Shown one piece after another: positions 36,974 to 48,205 of a stretch of 64,000 nucleotides of DNA. Source of the stretch: Sporopachydermia quercuum. Lineage: Eukaryota. Each line of letters opens with the position of its first letter. The stretch's first letter is position 1. The notes below the pieces were generated by a model, which was given only the letters and a program-made list of their open reading frames with translations, ran no database searches and had not been told where the DNA came from. The position numbers and the translations under genes are program-made. The stretch is taken from NCBI GenBank assembly GCA_001599295.1, contig BCGN01000005.1:1116001-1180000 (forward strand), written 5' to 3'.

Positions 36974-39900
36974 ACACAGACACAGACACAGACACAGGCA
37001 CAGACACAACAAACTAAACCTCAACTGCAATCTCAACCGCTATCTCAACAGCAGCCAAAACAGCACGAACACCCAGAACTTCAATCACAGCACCAAACAC
37101 AGACACTATTCTTAAACTCAGAAATAATGCTGAGGAAACGCGAAATCGAAATCGTCAAATCCAAACTACTACAACTCCAAGCTTCTAATGGAAATTATAC
37201 CAACACATCTAACCCTTACAACAGGAACAACGGTAAGAATACGGCTGGCAAGGATGACAAATTATCATCGTCATCATCGTCAGAGATCATTATGGTTGTC
37301 GGTGAGCAGTTTGACGCCAAATCAGAAGATATTAGACCTCTTGCCGAATTATACTATCTAACTCAAGCTTTACCTCTAATAAAACTGCTACCGTCTTCCA
37401 ACAAAGTCCTGACTTCAGATTCGTTCGAGAGTGCCTTGCTAGAAGGGAAAATGGCTGTTGTTTACTCCAGAATCGAGGAATTGAAAAGGCAAGGGAAGTG
37501 GTCTCTTCGTCAGCCAACACGATATGTTGATCCGTATACGAAGAACGGCAATAGGAAATCCCATTGGGATTTCTTACTATCGGAAATGAAATGGATGCGT
37601 GACGATTTCCATGAAGAGAGAAAACTGAAACTTACAATGGCATTGGAAATATCACATATGGTAATGGATTACTGGAAGTATAAAGACAAGGTTCAAATAA
37701 AGGGCAAACCTATCAAGTTTTTGCCCAAGGAGTGTGAAACAGAGAAGGACAATGATAATGATGATTGCACTAGTAGCAGTAACAATGATAACGATAAGAG
37801 CGATCCAGAAGCTGAAGCTGAAGTGGAGGTTGATTTTAGTTTACGCTCAACATCAGCAGAGCTTAGAACCAACAAATCAAACAGCAGCAACAGCTCTTCT
37901 CCTGTCAATGCTGATAATGTCTTGCCTTTTAAGCGTAATTCAGATAATTCAGACGACCCTGCTGAAAGTATTACCGAAAATGGGCCAACTGCTAACGTTG
38001 CGGATATTCTCGGACGTTCTCCGTCAGATCCAACCGACCCAGGTTCAAATGAAGCACCGAAGTTCATTTTCCCTCTTACTTATAACTACAGCGAATCAGA
38101 AAAACAGTTGATCGACTCTTTTCCATTATACGAACCCTTCTCTAAAGACCCAGCGATGTTCGTTGATGATTTTGATAAAATGCCTCTGGTAGCCGTATCG
38201 AAACTGTTGGCCCCGCATGACGAGGATTCCAATTGGAGAAGTATCATTATCAAGGAAGCTGAAACAGAACAGGGCCTTAAATCGACTACTGGTGCTAAAG
38301 GGTCTCGCAAGGGCCTCTTCATGACAAATTCTCATAGAAGAATGAATAACAACATCAGACCTCCTCAGCCTCCATCGTTGAAATATCTAGAACTTAGGAC
38401 CCCTACTATATGGTTACCAGAAGATGATCGCCAATTGTTAAGCTTGGTTGCTGAGTATTCTAATAACTGGGCTATAGTATCGTCAGTGCTCTCACGATCG
38501 TCAAGACCTCGTTATTTCTCCAATATTGAACGGAGAACACCTTGGCAATGCTTTGAAAGATACCTTCAGCTTATTGAGAAGTACCAATACAATGATTTGA
38601 AAGGACCATATGCCCATCAAGCGCATGTTTGGTTAGATTCTATGAACAAAGCTCAAGCGGCTTCTAAACGTCGTTTGGCACCTTTAGGAGTTGGCAACGA
38701 GAGCATCCAACGAGGCCATAGAAGACTTCGTTGGGCAAGCATGTTTGAAGGTATTCGGAAGTGCATGAGGAAGAGGGAAACTGCGAGCAAATCTGCTTCC
38801 AGCAGCAGCTCGGGCTCCTCAGCAGGAAGGAAACAGCAAGGAAATGACGATAAACGAGGCCCCACGCCAACGCCGAATGACCTTGCGAAGCTGAAATACG
38901 AACGTGACAAGGCTCTACAGGAATCGTATGCCTTACAACGAGGAATCGCCCAGCCGCGGGGGGCTGGATTAGGAAATGCTGGAGTGAAAGGACAACCAGG
39001 ACAACAGCATTCTCAACACGCGCAACAGGTTCTACAACAGAAACAATGGACTGGCGATAAATTAGCTCTTGCCCAGCAGGGACACCTTCCAGGACGTTCT
39101 CAGGCACATCCCCAGGTTCAAGTAGCAGCACAGGTGAAAGCCCAAGCTCAAGCCCAGCACAAGCACAAGCACAAGCACAAGCACAAGCACAAGCACAAGC
39201 ACAAGCACAAGCACAAGGCACAAGCACAAGCACAAGCACAAGCACAAGCACAAGCACAAGCACAAGCACAAGCACAAGNNNNNNNNNNNNNNNNNNNNNN
39301 NNNNNNNNNNNNNNNNNNNNNNNNNNNNNNNNNNNNNNGCACAAGCACAAGCACAAGCACAAGCACAAGCACAAGCACAAGCACAAGCACAAGCACAAGC
39401 ACAAGCACAAGCACAAGCACAAGCACAAGTACAAGCGCAGGTACAAGCGCAGGTACAAGCTCGTGTGCAGTCCCAGGCCCAAGCCAGAGCAAGAATGCAA
39501 GCAGCAGCAGTAGCAGCAGCCGCCAACCAGCCAGGCGGACTTCATAGCAATCCAGTATCACCGGTAGTGAAACAGCACGCGGCCTTAGCAGCTTCTCCTG
39601 TCGTAACAGCAAGCAAAAGCCCTACAGTTCGTAACGCCAACATCAATGGCACCCCTGGCATGATAAGACCTAACACTGGCCCCAACCCTGCAGGAAACGC
39701 CAACAATAAAACAATGATGACCGGCAGAGCACGAGCCACACCTGAACAGTATCAACAGATAGCACAGTTAGAGCGGCAGCGACAGCTGATTCGCCAACAG
39801 CAGCAGCAGAATGCAGCTGCTATGGCTGCTGCGCAGGCTCAAAAGAACTCTGGCGGGGGAAGCAACAATGGAGCAGTAGCAAATCAACCAGGCTCGCAAG

Positions 39901-40475
39901 CGCAAGGCAGGGCAGGCAATTCTCCCGCTACCAAACCAGTGAGATTTATCCCTGCCCATGTTTCTGCCATCGTGAACCAAATTCAGATGCAGAATCCTGG
40001 TATGTCGAAAGAACAAGTTAGTAAAGTAGCAGCAGCCTATTTGACTTCTTTACAGCAACAGCAACAACAGCAACAGCAACAACAGCAACAGCAACAACAG
40101 CAACAGCAGCAACAGCAGCAGCATCAAAACAGAGTCAACGGTGCCGGATCAGCGTCACCGTCCACTGTTCCGACTAGAATTGCCAGCCGAAGCCCTGTTG
40201 GAACTCAAGTGAATATAGCAGCGGCAGCAGCAGTGACAGGGGCAGGATCCGGAAACAATGGTACTAACAAATCAGCAGCATTGCAGCAAGCACTGCAAGC
40301 TCAACAACAGCAGTTGCTCCGTCAGAAGCAGCTGCAGGCTCAGCAGAGAATGATGGCGGCAGCCAGACAAAACCAAGCGACCTTACAGCGGCAGCAACAG
40401 CAAATGGGAAGTAAGCAAGTAAATCAAATTAATGGTAATAGTGGTACTGGCAACAATGGAAATGGTAATGGCTAA
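36008..40475 (+). CDS. EAF1: NuA4 scaffold Eaf1/Vid21 (HSA + SANT, Q/A-rich tail). ORFs 36008-39547 and 39465-40475 are one gene split at a repeat and assembly gap
   Basis: RIEELKRQGKWSLRQP, HWDFLLSEMKWMRDDFHEERK, RTPTIWLPEDD, SNIERRTPWQCFERY, GHRRLRWASMFE. After the gap, the GCA-CAA (AQ) frame runs into the 39465 ORF. Confidence 0.93.
36941..37009 (+). repeat. Coding hexamer repeat (CAGGCA)n/(CAGACA)n encoding QA/QT
   Basis: Directly visible. Confidence 0.95.
39157..39428 (+). repeat. (GCACAA)n coding microsatellite spanning the assembly gap
   Basis: Directly visible on both sides of the N run. Confidence 0.97.
39279..39338. other. Assembly gap (60 N)
   Basis: Run of N inside the hexamer repeat. 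Confidence 0.99.
40053..40121 (+). repeat. CAG/CAA poly-glutamine tract (about 23 Q) in EAF1
   Basis: Directly visible. Confidence 0.95.
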
Positions 40476-43418
40476 TAGGACTATGCATATGTTAAGTATA
40501 CAAGACGATATATGTTGTAATACTATGTATTTCAGTAATGCTTACGGGTTGTTGTTTCTGTGTCTGTGTCCTGCTAATCATTTAATTAATGCAGCTGCTT
40601 GCTCCCATAGTGCTTTCCACCAGTAGCCTCGCGGACATTCATTCAAATGTGTAATCTGCTACACACCAGGTTGATCTACTTTTATGTTTTGCCCAACACT
40701 GAGATCAGCTGCACAATTGGTTTAGAGGTTTATTAGGTGTCTGTTTCTGTTGATTTATTTTGCTAGTGTTGAACTATGTTCTTATTGCTGATAGGAAACA
40801 GGGACCCAAGTGACGATGACTTATTCCTTTCCAGTGAAGACTTACGACTAAGTGTTTATGGATGTACAGGCTTTTGTTAGAAAATATTAACAGGGATCTT
40901 ATTGCTGATCGTCTATTATTTTCCCCATTGCTTTCATTTTACATCAATTGCTGGTAGGTGATGTAGTGAACTAATGAGCTAGCTTTGTCAAATGTGCTGT
41001 TATTATTAAGTTTACATTACTATTAGATGCTCTATCAACTTGGCTACATTTCCTAGCCTTCTAGTCTATCAGCAGTAAGAATTTAAAGATAGGCTAAAGA
41101 ATAATATACTACATGATACCAATAAGAATGTATATTCATGCAATTAGCATATCGACTTTTGCTTATATAAGAAAGAACAAACAGAAGGAACTAATTGTTT
41201 TCGACTGCAGTGGAACTAAAGCTATTACTACTAGTTCTTATCCTCTTATTTCCTCGCTGTTTCACCAGCTGCCATTCATATAAATGATAGCATCAGAAAC
41301 TAATAGCAATGCCCATTTTAGCGCGCGCCAACGGAACAAACGAATCGACTGCTTCTATTTATTAATTCGCCGTTAATTTTCATTGCTTGCTTTTACAGAA
41401 TAATAAACAATTCTGTTCTTCTATTGTCTTCCAACAATAGGAGAATACACTAGGGAGAGCGATGGAATTGTACAATCAATTCTAGGAAATAACAACAACA
41501 ACAATAATAATAATCATGAGACTAACTAAAGTGTATTATATTTAAATATATTTAATTAAGAAGTATAATAATCAATGATCTATGATATATTGATTTATGA
41601 CCATTAATACTGTTCTAGATACCATGGTACTGTACTGCTATGATAGGGCTATCGCAAGATCTTGTTAGTTATATACTTATACCGAACTCATTGCAAGCAG
41701 TAGATTGTAATAAGAAGCTGTTATCAAATTAACATACTAAATATTTGACGGTAAGAACAAAGAACAAACAAAATGATTTGCTGTTTATGTACAAGCTTGA
41801 TGATTTATATTTGTCTTTCCGCTATCTAGCTGGTAGCTGATCCGTTCTCTTGGCTGGTTTGCTAGACAACAACTATGTTTTTTATTATGGCAGGCACGCT
41901 GAGAACAGCTTGCTTGCTAGAAAACTGTTGAAGGGAGCTCTCAGTGCACTCGCAGGGCGCTCGCAGGGCAGACAAGAAAGTCCATGTTGAGTCGGGATCT
42001 ACCGGTTCCAATGAGGGCATTTTGTCCTAGTTCTTGAAGTTTGATTAAACTGTATGAGGATTGTTGTTTCTTTCCCTGAGATCACAGGACTTGATACAGC
42101 ACCCTCATGCGAGAACTCTTGAGGATTAGCATTCGAGCGATAAGTAGATATTAACTATGTTTCTCATTGAAGCTTGATTTGTTGTATACCAAGACGAAAC
42201 CAAACGTCAGTTTCCGCATGGAAGATTATCATGGCATTCACTATGTTTCAAATCAGGAATGAGATTCACGTTAAGATATCAATGTAAACAACTAGGTTGG
42301 TATCGCAATCCAAGTTATTCGAGACGGATTTTAGCAGATGGATAAGAAATATTGTATTCCGAAGTGTGATAGCACTATACAATGCCATACGATACCATAA
42401 GATTAGCTGTGACTTTTGATGAGCTTTTGATGAAATATGTGCTATTAAATCCATTGGCTGCATAGGTTGTAGTGAAGACTATTAAGAGAATTCATCCTTT
42501 GCATTATATTCCTGATGGTTTAATAACAGTAGCATAATTTTTCGTTAGTATTATGAAAAGTTATTTGATTGTCTATGAGTTTTCGGTCATTAGAAAGAAT
42601 ATAAAAAGAATATGCAACGATCAGTTGATAGAACTTATGACATTATAAAATTATGCCTGTCTGCAACTACAAATCCTTTGTCTTACTATAGTCATAAACA
42701 TTATATGATCTTATGTGAATAATATAAATATAATATGAATTCTACTCTATGTACTCTATTTACTAGTGTTCGATCTAAGGAGCAAGCTATGGTATAATAA
42801 TACAGAGTTATATGTCTATGACTAGAAAAGAGAGACAAGTCAAATATTATAGATTCTGTAGCCATAAGTTACGAAGATATGAAGATATCATGCTGAAAAG
42901 ACTGCTGATAAGAGGGTTTGCTAATATTATTAAGAAATCACCGCAGTTGAATCAAAATAACGGTAACAAGCAAGATTTTGTCATTCTCATCTTTTCTAAT
43001 TTCAACAGTTTGATCGTTTGTTCTTTTGATCCTCCTCCTCAGAAGTGTGTTTGGTATTACATTATCAACACTTCTATTGCTCGTTGCAATACTTCTGTTA
43101 TACCATTTGCAACTAGACCATCACTATCACTATCACTTTCATCATTATCAGTATCGCCATCTCTTTCAAGCTATCTCTATCCACCAATAACTTTCTAAAT
43201 CCGATTGAAAGGGAAGGAAGAGAGTAGGAAATCAAAGTAAATAGAAGTAAATACGACAACCAACAACTCCGCAACAATGCAACAATCATACTAGCGTTAC
43301 TAATATTCTTATAAATATCCTAACAATACTCCTAATAATTCGATAGAATCTGAATATATATTAAATCTGAATTACTAACAATTCTCCTATTCTCCTATCA
43401 TACTCACATTACTCTGCT

Positions 43419-45410
43419 CTAAACAACTAAATTATTTACCATTCCATCTTCTTCGATAGCAGTTGCACCTAAACTATAAGAAACCTTCCATCGCATCTTA
43501 ACATTAACACCAGCTGGAGCACCATCAACATGAATAATTTGCCTTATACTATTAACACCTCCAGCAGTAATGTGTGATCCTGATTGAGTTTCCAACCGCA
43601 AGTGGAATTGCTTAGGCAGAGCAACTTGGAATGTCAGATGGCTAACTTGTTGAACGGGTGAATTATTAGAGAATAAAGTAAGAATCCTAATACTATTGGC
43701 AGATTCTCTGGTTGGGATCATGTTTATTTTCAAACTGGTGTTATGGATAGTGAGTTCATTAACACTGGGTTGCTGAAAAGATCCCACAGAGGGAGAAATC
43801 GGCGTAGGGGAAGCGGTAGGAAAAACAGAAGTGGCAGCAGAATTAGCAGTACTGCTATTGGTGATTGTAGGATTAAAGCCCGATAGAAGTAATGAGTTTT
43901 GCTGTTGTAAATGCTGAGAAGAATTAAGATGTTGCTGCTGAGAAGTCGTAGTAGATAACAAACTGTTGAGTTCATGAAGAGCGTCATAGTTGGGTTTACC
44001 AGGACTCAAAGGAGAAGCAGAGTTGATTCTAGTTTGTTGTGGACCAGGAGAAGATGCTTTAGTGGGTGACAAAGTAACTGGTGATGCAACTGTTGAAAGA
44101 GAAATGCTTCCTGTTTGCCCATAGGCCGGAGTTGGCCCTAAAGAAAGACTGTCAAGACCAGATATTAGATCGACAGTAGCTTGAGTTGAAGCATTGGCTG
44201 CTGTGGTGGCAGCAGCAGCACTACTTGGCGATATATCATCATCTAAATCAAGCAAATTGAGTAATGGCGCAGCATTAGACTTACTATGACTAATTCCAGA
44301 AGATACACCAGAATCTTCCATAATCTTACCAACAGAGATAGTTTGAGCCCTATCGTATTCACCATTCTTGAATAAGTCATACTTTTCTAATAAAGAGTGA
44401 ATGGCATCATTGAGAAATAACAGTTTGCTAACAGCAGCTTCATCATTACTTTCTTCCTCAATGATTTTCTGAATTTTTGGTTGAGCTGATTTCAATGACC
44501 CATATAGCTCAACTAACGTTTCGTTATTTGAAACAGACTCATTTGGTCTCACTGCAATTAACATATCAGCAAACACATCAGCTTTCCTTCTGAATTTATC
44601 AACTTCAGCAGCAACTTGAGCTCTATAGTCAGTTTCGCCCTGGAAACCAGCCATTATTTTCATTAGTTTATTGGCTTCTCGTAAATCTGATGGTTTCCCT
44701 CTTCTGATCAATTCTTGTAATTTAGCCGATTGAGCTTCTCTTTCTTCCTGTTCAATTTCTGCTGCTGATTTCAAACTCTCAGATGGAGTTAAAACTGCTG
44801 CATCATCAATGCTCACCTCAGGGAAAATATATCCTTTATAGACAAGTAAACGGTGCATATCACGAATGTATCCCAAATCGTCTTTATACCTTGACGATTT
44901 GCAAATAGTTTGAGTCCATTCTTCTATGGATTCCAAGATAAGTCTTTGAACTCTTGAATACTTACTAGGAGGCTTCTCCGGGAACTTCCGAACCAATTCA
45001 TTAAGAAATTCTTTCCTTGATATTTGTAGATGGAAAGGATACCCACAATTCTTAACGCAAATGTCTAGTAAAGCCAATGCAAGGATGGAAACGTTAGGAT
45101 TTCTAGAGTTTATTAGCTTGACAATAGCAATAGCTGCGTCACGTGGTGCATTGAGCTTTTTTTGGTTTATGTAATCAGCAATTTCCAAGTTAAGCGCTAA
45201 GTTAGGTTCATACAAAGTGCGAGAGCATGCTTTTTCAATAAGGGCGAATAAAGGAGCATTAGGATGGCTTACTGAATCGATTTTATTTCGTGATAAACTT
45301 CCGCTTGAGTCAGAGTCAAATTCCCCAGGGTAACGTTCATGTACTCTGAACTTATCGACGTAAGAATTGGACCCAGTCGAACTTCTGCTTGAACCGTCAA
45401 AATTGGGCAT
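43419..45410 (-). CDS. GGA2: GGA clathrin adaptor (VHS-GAT-GAE)
   Basis: First ATG at 45410; EPNLALNLEIADYINQK, KNCGYPFHLQISRKEFLNELVRKFPE, QSAKLQELIRRG, KMRWKVSY. Confidence 0.95.
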   Translation of the reverse strand: MPNFDGSSRSSTGSNSYVDKFRVHERYPGEFDSDSSGSLSRNKIDSVSHPNAPLFALIEKACSRTLYEPNLALNLEIADYINQKKLNAPRDAAIAIVKLINSRNPNVSILALALLDICVKNCGYPFHLQISRKEFLNELVRKFPEKPPSKYSRVQRLILESIEEWTQTICKSSRYKDDLGYIRDMHRLLVYKGYIFPEVSIDDAAVLTPSESLKSAAEIEQEEREAQSAKLQELIRRGKPSDLREANKLMKIMAGFQGETDYRAQVAAEVDKFRRKADVFADMLIAVRPNESVSNNETLVELYGSLKSAQPKIQKIIEEESNDEAAVSKLLFLNDAIHSLLEKYDLFKNGEYDRAQTISVGKIMEDSGVSSGISHSKSNAAPLLNLLDLDDDISPSSAAAATTAANASTQATVDLISGLDSLSLGPTPAYGQTGSISLSTVASPVTLSPTKASSPGPQQTRINSASPLSPGKPNYDALHELNSLLSTTTSQQQHLNSSQHLQQQNSLLLSGFNPTITNSSTANSAATSVFPTASPTPISPSVGSFQQPSVNELTIHNTSLKINMIPTRESANSIRILTLFSNNSPVQQVSHLTFQVALPKQFHLRLETQSGSHITAGGVNSIRQIIHVDGAPAGVNVKMRWKVSYSLGATAIEEDGMVNNLVV

Positions 45411-46560
45411 TGTGGTAGTGTAGTAGATAAAATTGAATGTAGAAGAAAACAACGAAAGCAATAAAAAGATCTATGATGTATGTTAGCCGATAATGCTGAA
45501 TTCTGCTACTTGATTGATTGTAGGCCGAGCACCAAAAAAGTGGCTGATCAGCAGACTTCAATTAATGACCAAATAAGCAAGTAATACTTTAAGTGATGCT
45601 ATGGTCAGTTTCCTAGCAGAGATTCAACCGCTAAATCCAAATCCAAACAAAGCCAAATAAGTAGACCTTCAGATATTCAAATGGAGAGAAATATTTCAAT
45701 TCTAGTACCCTTTCTCTATGGATTATACTATAAATCGTAATCAATAATCAATCTATCAAGTATCAATCACTGAGAGAGTCTGAGAATGAGTGCTTCAGCT
45801 GAAACCACCAAAAAAAATATCAAGAGATCTAGCCTAGCCTAAACAAAATAAGTTCACCTTCAATTGAGTGCCACTTTACAAGGTTCTGATTTGCAATACT
45901 ATGATCAAATGAATAACGAAGAATTGTAAAAACAGCTTAATCATGATGATCAGTTGTCAGTTCTAACAGAAACACCATGAAACGCAACTCTGCTGGGGAA
46001 CCGAAAAGAGTTTGGCTGTTGGAGGTTTGGATGTTCTATGCAGGAGTATGTGGGGATATGCAGCATTTGAACATTGAGTTCATGCAAGAATATGCGGATC
46101 TATGTGTGAACGGTTAAGTTTATTTAGATGCAGTGAGAATGAGACTGAAGGAAAGAGTGGTAAGTCGGAGCAGGAATGAAATGAGAAGTGGAAATTATAA
46201 TAAATTGGTGTACTTAAAAGGAGAAAACTCAATGGTTAGACATGGATTATGTCNTTTGTACGACACGGTGTCACTGATAAGTGGTTACAGTAAATGAAGT
46301 ATTACACGGAAGTCCGAAACATGCATGAAACCACCGCCATCAATATGCAGAGTTCATGCACAATATATAAAGGTCTTTCAAAGTGATGAAAGAAACCAGA
46401 AACATTTTACCAGTAGTTACCTCAAGCTGAATACGACACTTAATTTGATTTCTCTATTAGCCAAATTGCCTTTTTGATCACGTTACTTTTANAATACCAC
46501 TCATCTTCTGAATACTATGGTCTCCGTTATGTGCTCATTATTGTTTCCAATTCTTTCCGA

Positions 46561-46570
46561 ATCACGTGAC
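46561..46570. promoter_or_regulatory. Cbf1-type E-box ATCACGTGAC (same motif at 53923-53932; GCACGTGAC at 35897-35905)
   Basis: RTCACGTG matches in intergenic promoter regions. Confidence 0.5.
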
Positions 46571-46859
46571 TTAATACTGCATTCACATGCTAATTGCTTT
46601 TCCTGATNGACTCGTCTTCTTGTTCCATTATCATTATCGAATGAGGAATTAAGGAGGTTGACGAAGTCAGTCAGGTAATCAAACTAGAAGGAATTACTAG
46701 AACTAATACTATTTGTCGTGTAGTTCAAACATATTCCTGTTGTCTTGTGCCTTCAAATGTCTACACTACCGTGGCCATCACAACTTCTACATTCGCATAG
46801 CAACCACCATTTATAACCATATATATACTAATACATTTTTCTTCTGGTAGATTTTAAGC

Positions 46860-47498
46860 ATGGCAGACAGAAGACACACCGTATCAGATAACTTGAGCTA
46901 TCGTCTGAACTACCCTCGTGGGTCTCCATTGGTTTCTTCGTTGCCTTCTCTCAACGACCCAGCCTTACCGAAACGCCCTGGCAAGTCACATCTCCGCACG
47001 GGCTCTTCCTACAGTCGTATACAAACCGGACTAGACAATACAACAGCAACATTTGAATCAGAAACAAGAAAACAGTCTTCCTCGAACAGAGAGATTTCTG
47101 GCCCGTCTCATAATCTAAGCCATGGAGAAAGGTCAGGAGTACATGAAACATCATCAAGCGGATCACCCGATGCATCAGAAGACCCCTTTGGTATTACGAT
47201 TTTACAGCAAAATTTTGATGGACTAATGAGAAGTATTGCTAATAGAGTGTCAGAACTGTCAGCTAAAACTATAGAAAGCGTTGATGCACGGTTGCAGGTA
47301 ATTGAAGAGGAAGATATCAGAATGGCCGATGAAGTGATAAAAAGCATCCATGAACAACTGGCGCAATGTGACGAAATCGAACAGGAGTTTGTGAAGATCG
47401 AGACGATTGGCATGATAGTGGAAGACTTCAAACCAAGAATTGAATTGGTAGAAAAACAACTGAATGATATAATTGCGACAACGAGCAGAAAGAAATAG
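46860..47498 (+). CDS. CNL1: BLOC-1 subunit Cnl1
   Basis: C-terminal coiled coil DPFGITILQQNFD...LAQCDEIEQEFVKIETIGMIVEDFKPRI; lies between SPC110 and GGA as in S. cerevisiae. Confidence 0.8.
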   Translation: MADRRHTVSDNLSYRLNYPRGSPLVSSLPSLNDPALPKRPGKSHLRTGSSYSRIQTGLDNTTATFESETRKQSSSNREISGPSHNLSHGERSGVHETSSSGSPDASEDPFGITILQQNFDGLMRSIANRVSELSAKTIESVDARLQVIEEEDIRMADEVIKSIHEQLAQCDEIEQEFVKIETIGMIVEDFKPRIELVEKQLNDIIATTSRKK

Positions 47499-48205
47499 TT
47501 TTATTTACATATAAGGGGCATAAGTATAAACTCTTACAGATCTGAGTGAGATCTAGTGCAGCGTAGGAATTCAGAGGAAAAGTCTTGATAAAGAATCATT
47601 GAACACTCATGGTGAACAGTTGATAATAGCAACTATTATTTAGACGGTATGAAGATAATAGAACTGAAGCCAATGACGCTGAAAGGTGCCATTCACATTA
47701 AATGGAGATAATCCAAAGGCTTACGGATCAATGAGGAAATGTCTTTTTTGATAGCCATCTCTGCAAACTTGTTCGTTATGGCTTACATCATACTACAGTA
47801 TTTTTTTCTAATAGTAATAAATGGTAANTTGAGCGCAAAGTTACATGGTATTGCTCGCTACAAGAATTTGAAACGTTTATTGTGTTTCAATGCAAATGAA
47901 CCAGAAGATTATTGGAATATAATGCTTTGCTTTGGTATAATTTTTTAAGCGATAAACAACAGGATTATAATAATCAGGCTCATTATTCAGCCGCTGTTGA
48001 GTATTTCTCTTTAGTTTTACCCTTAAAATCAACTTAAAAATTCTGACTGGTATTTGAATAATCGAGGAAAGAATAGAGTAATCAGGCTGTCAATGATGAA
48101 AACTCATATTGTAATCCAACGAATTTGAATTTATCTATTAACACAACATTTATTATACAACGATACGAGATAATATAAGATAACATCCTACCATGACACC
48201 CTTAT

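Noticed and set aside
38664..39612. Antisense ORFs with poly-LC/LV/CA
   Set aside because: Artefacts of the stop-free GCACAA repeat in EAF1.
41976..41983. GAAAGTCC resembling the RNase MRP/P CR-I motif
   Set aside because: No matching downstream P4/CR-V partner was visible.
42076..42116. TPP-riboswitch-like words (CTGAGAT..ACTTGAT..GCGAGAA)
   Set aside because: The P5 stem and TAAT loop are missing, and it is not in or near a thiamine gene.
42812..43198. 128-aa ORF in the EAF1-GGA gap
   Set aside because: Low-complexity, AT-rich, no recognisable motif, and antisense to the probable GGA 3' region.
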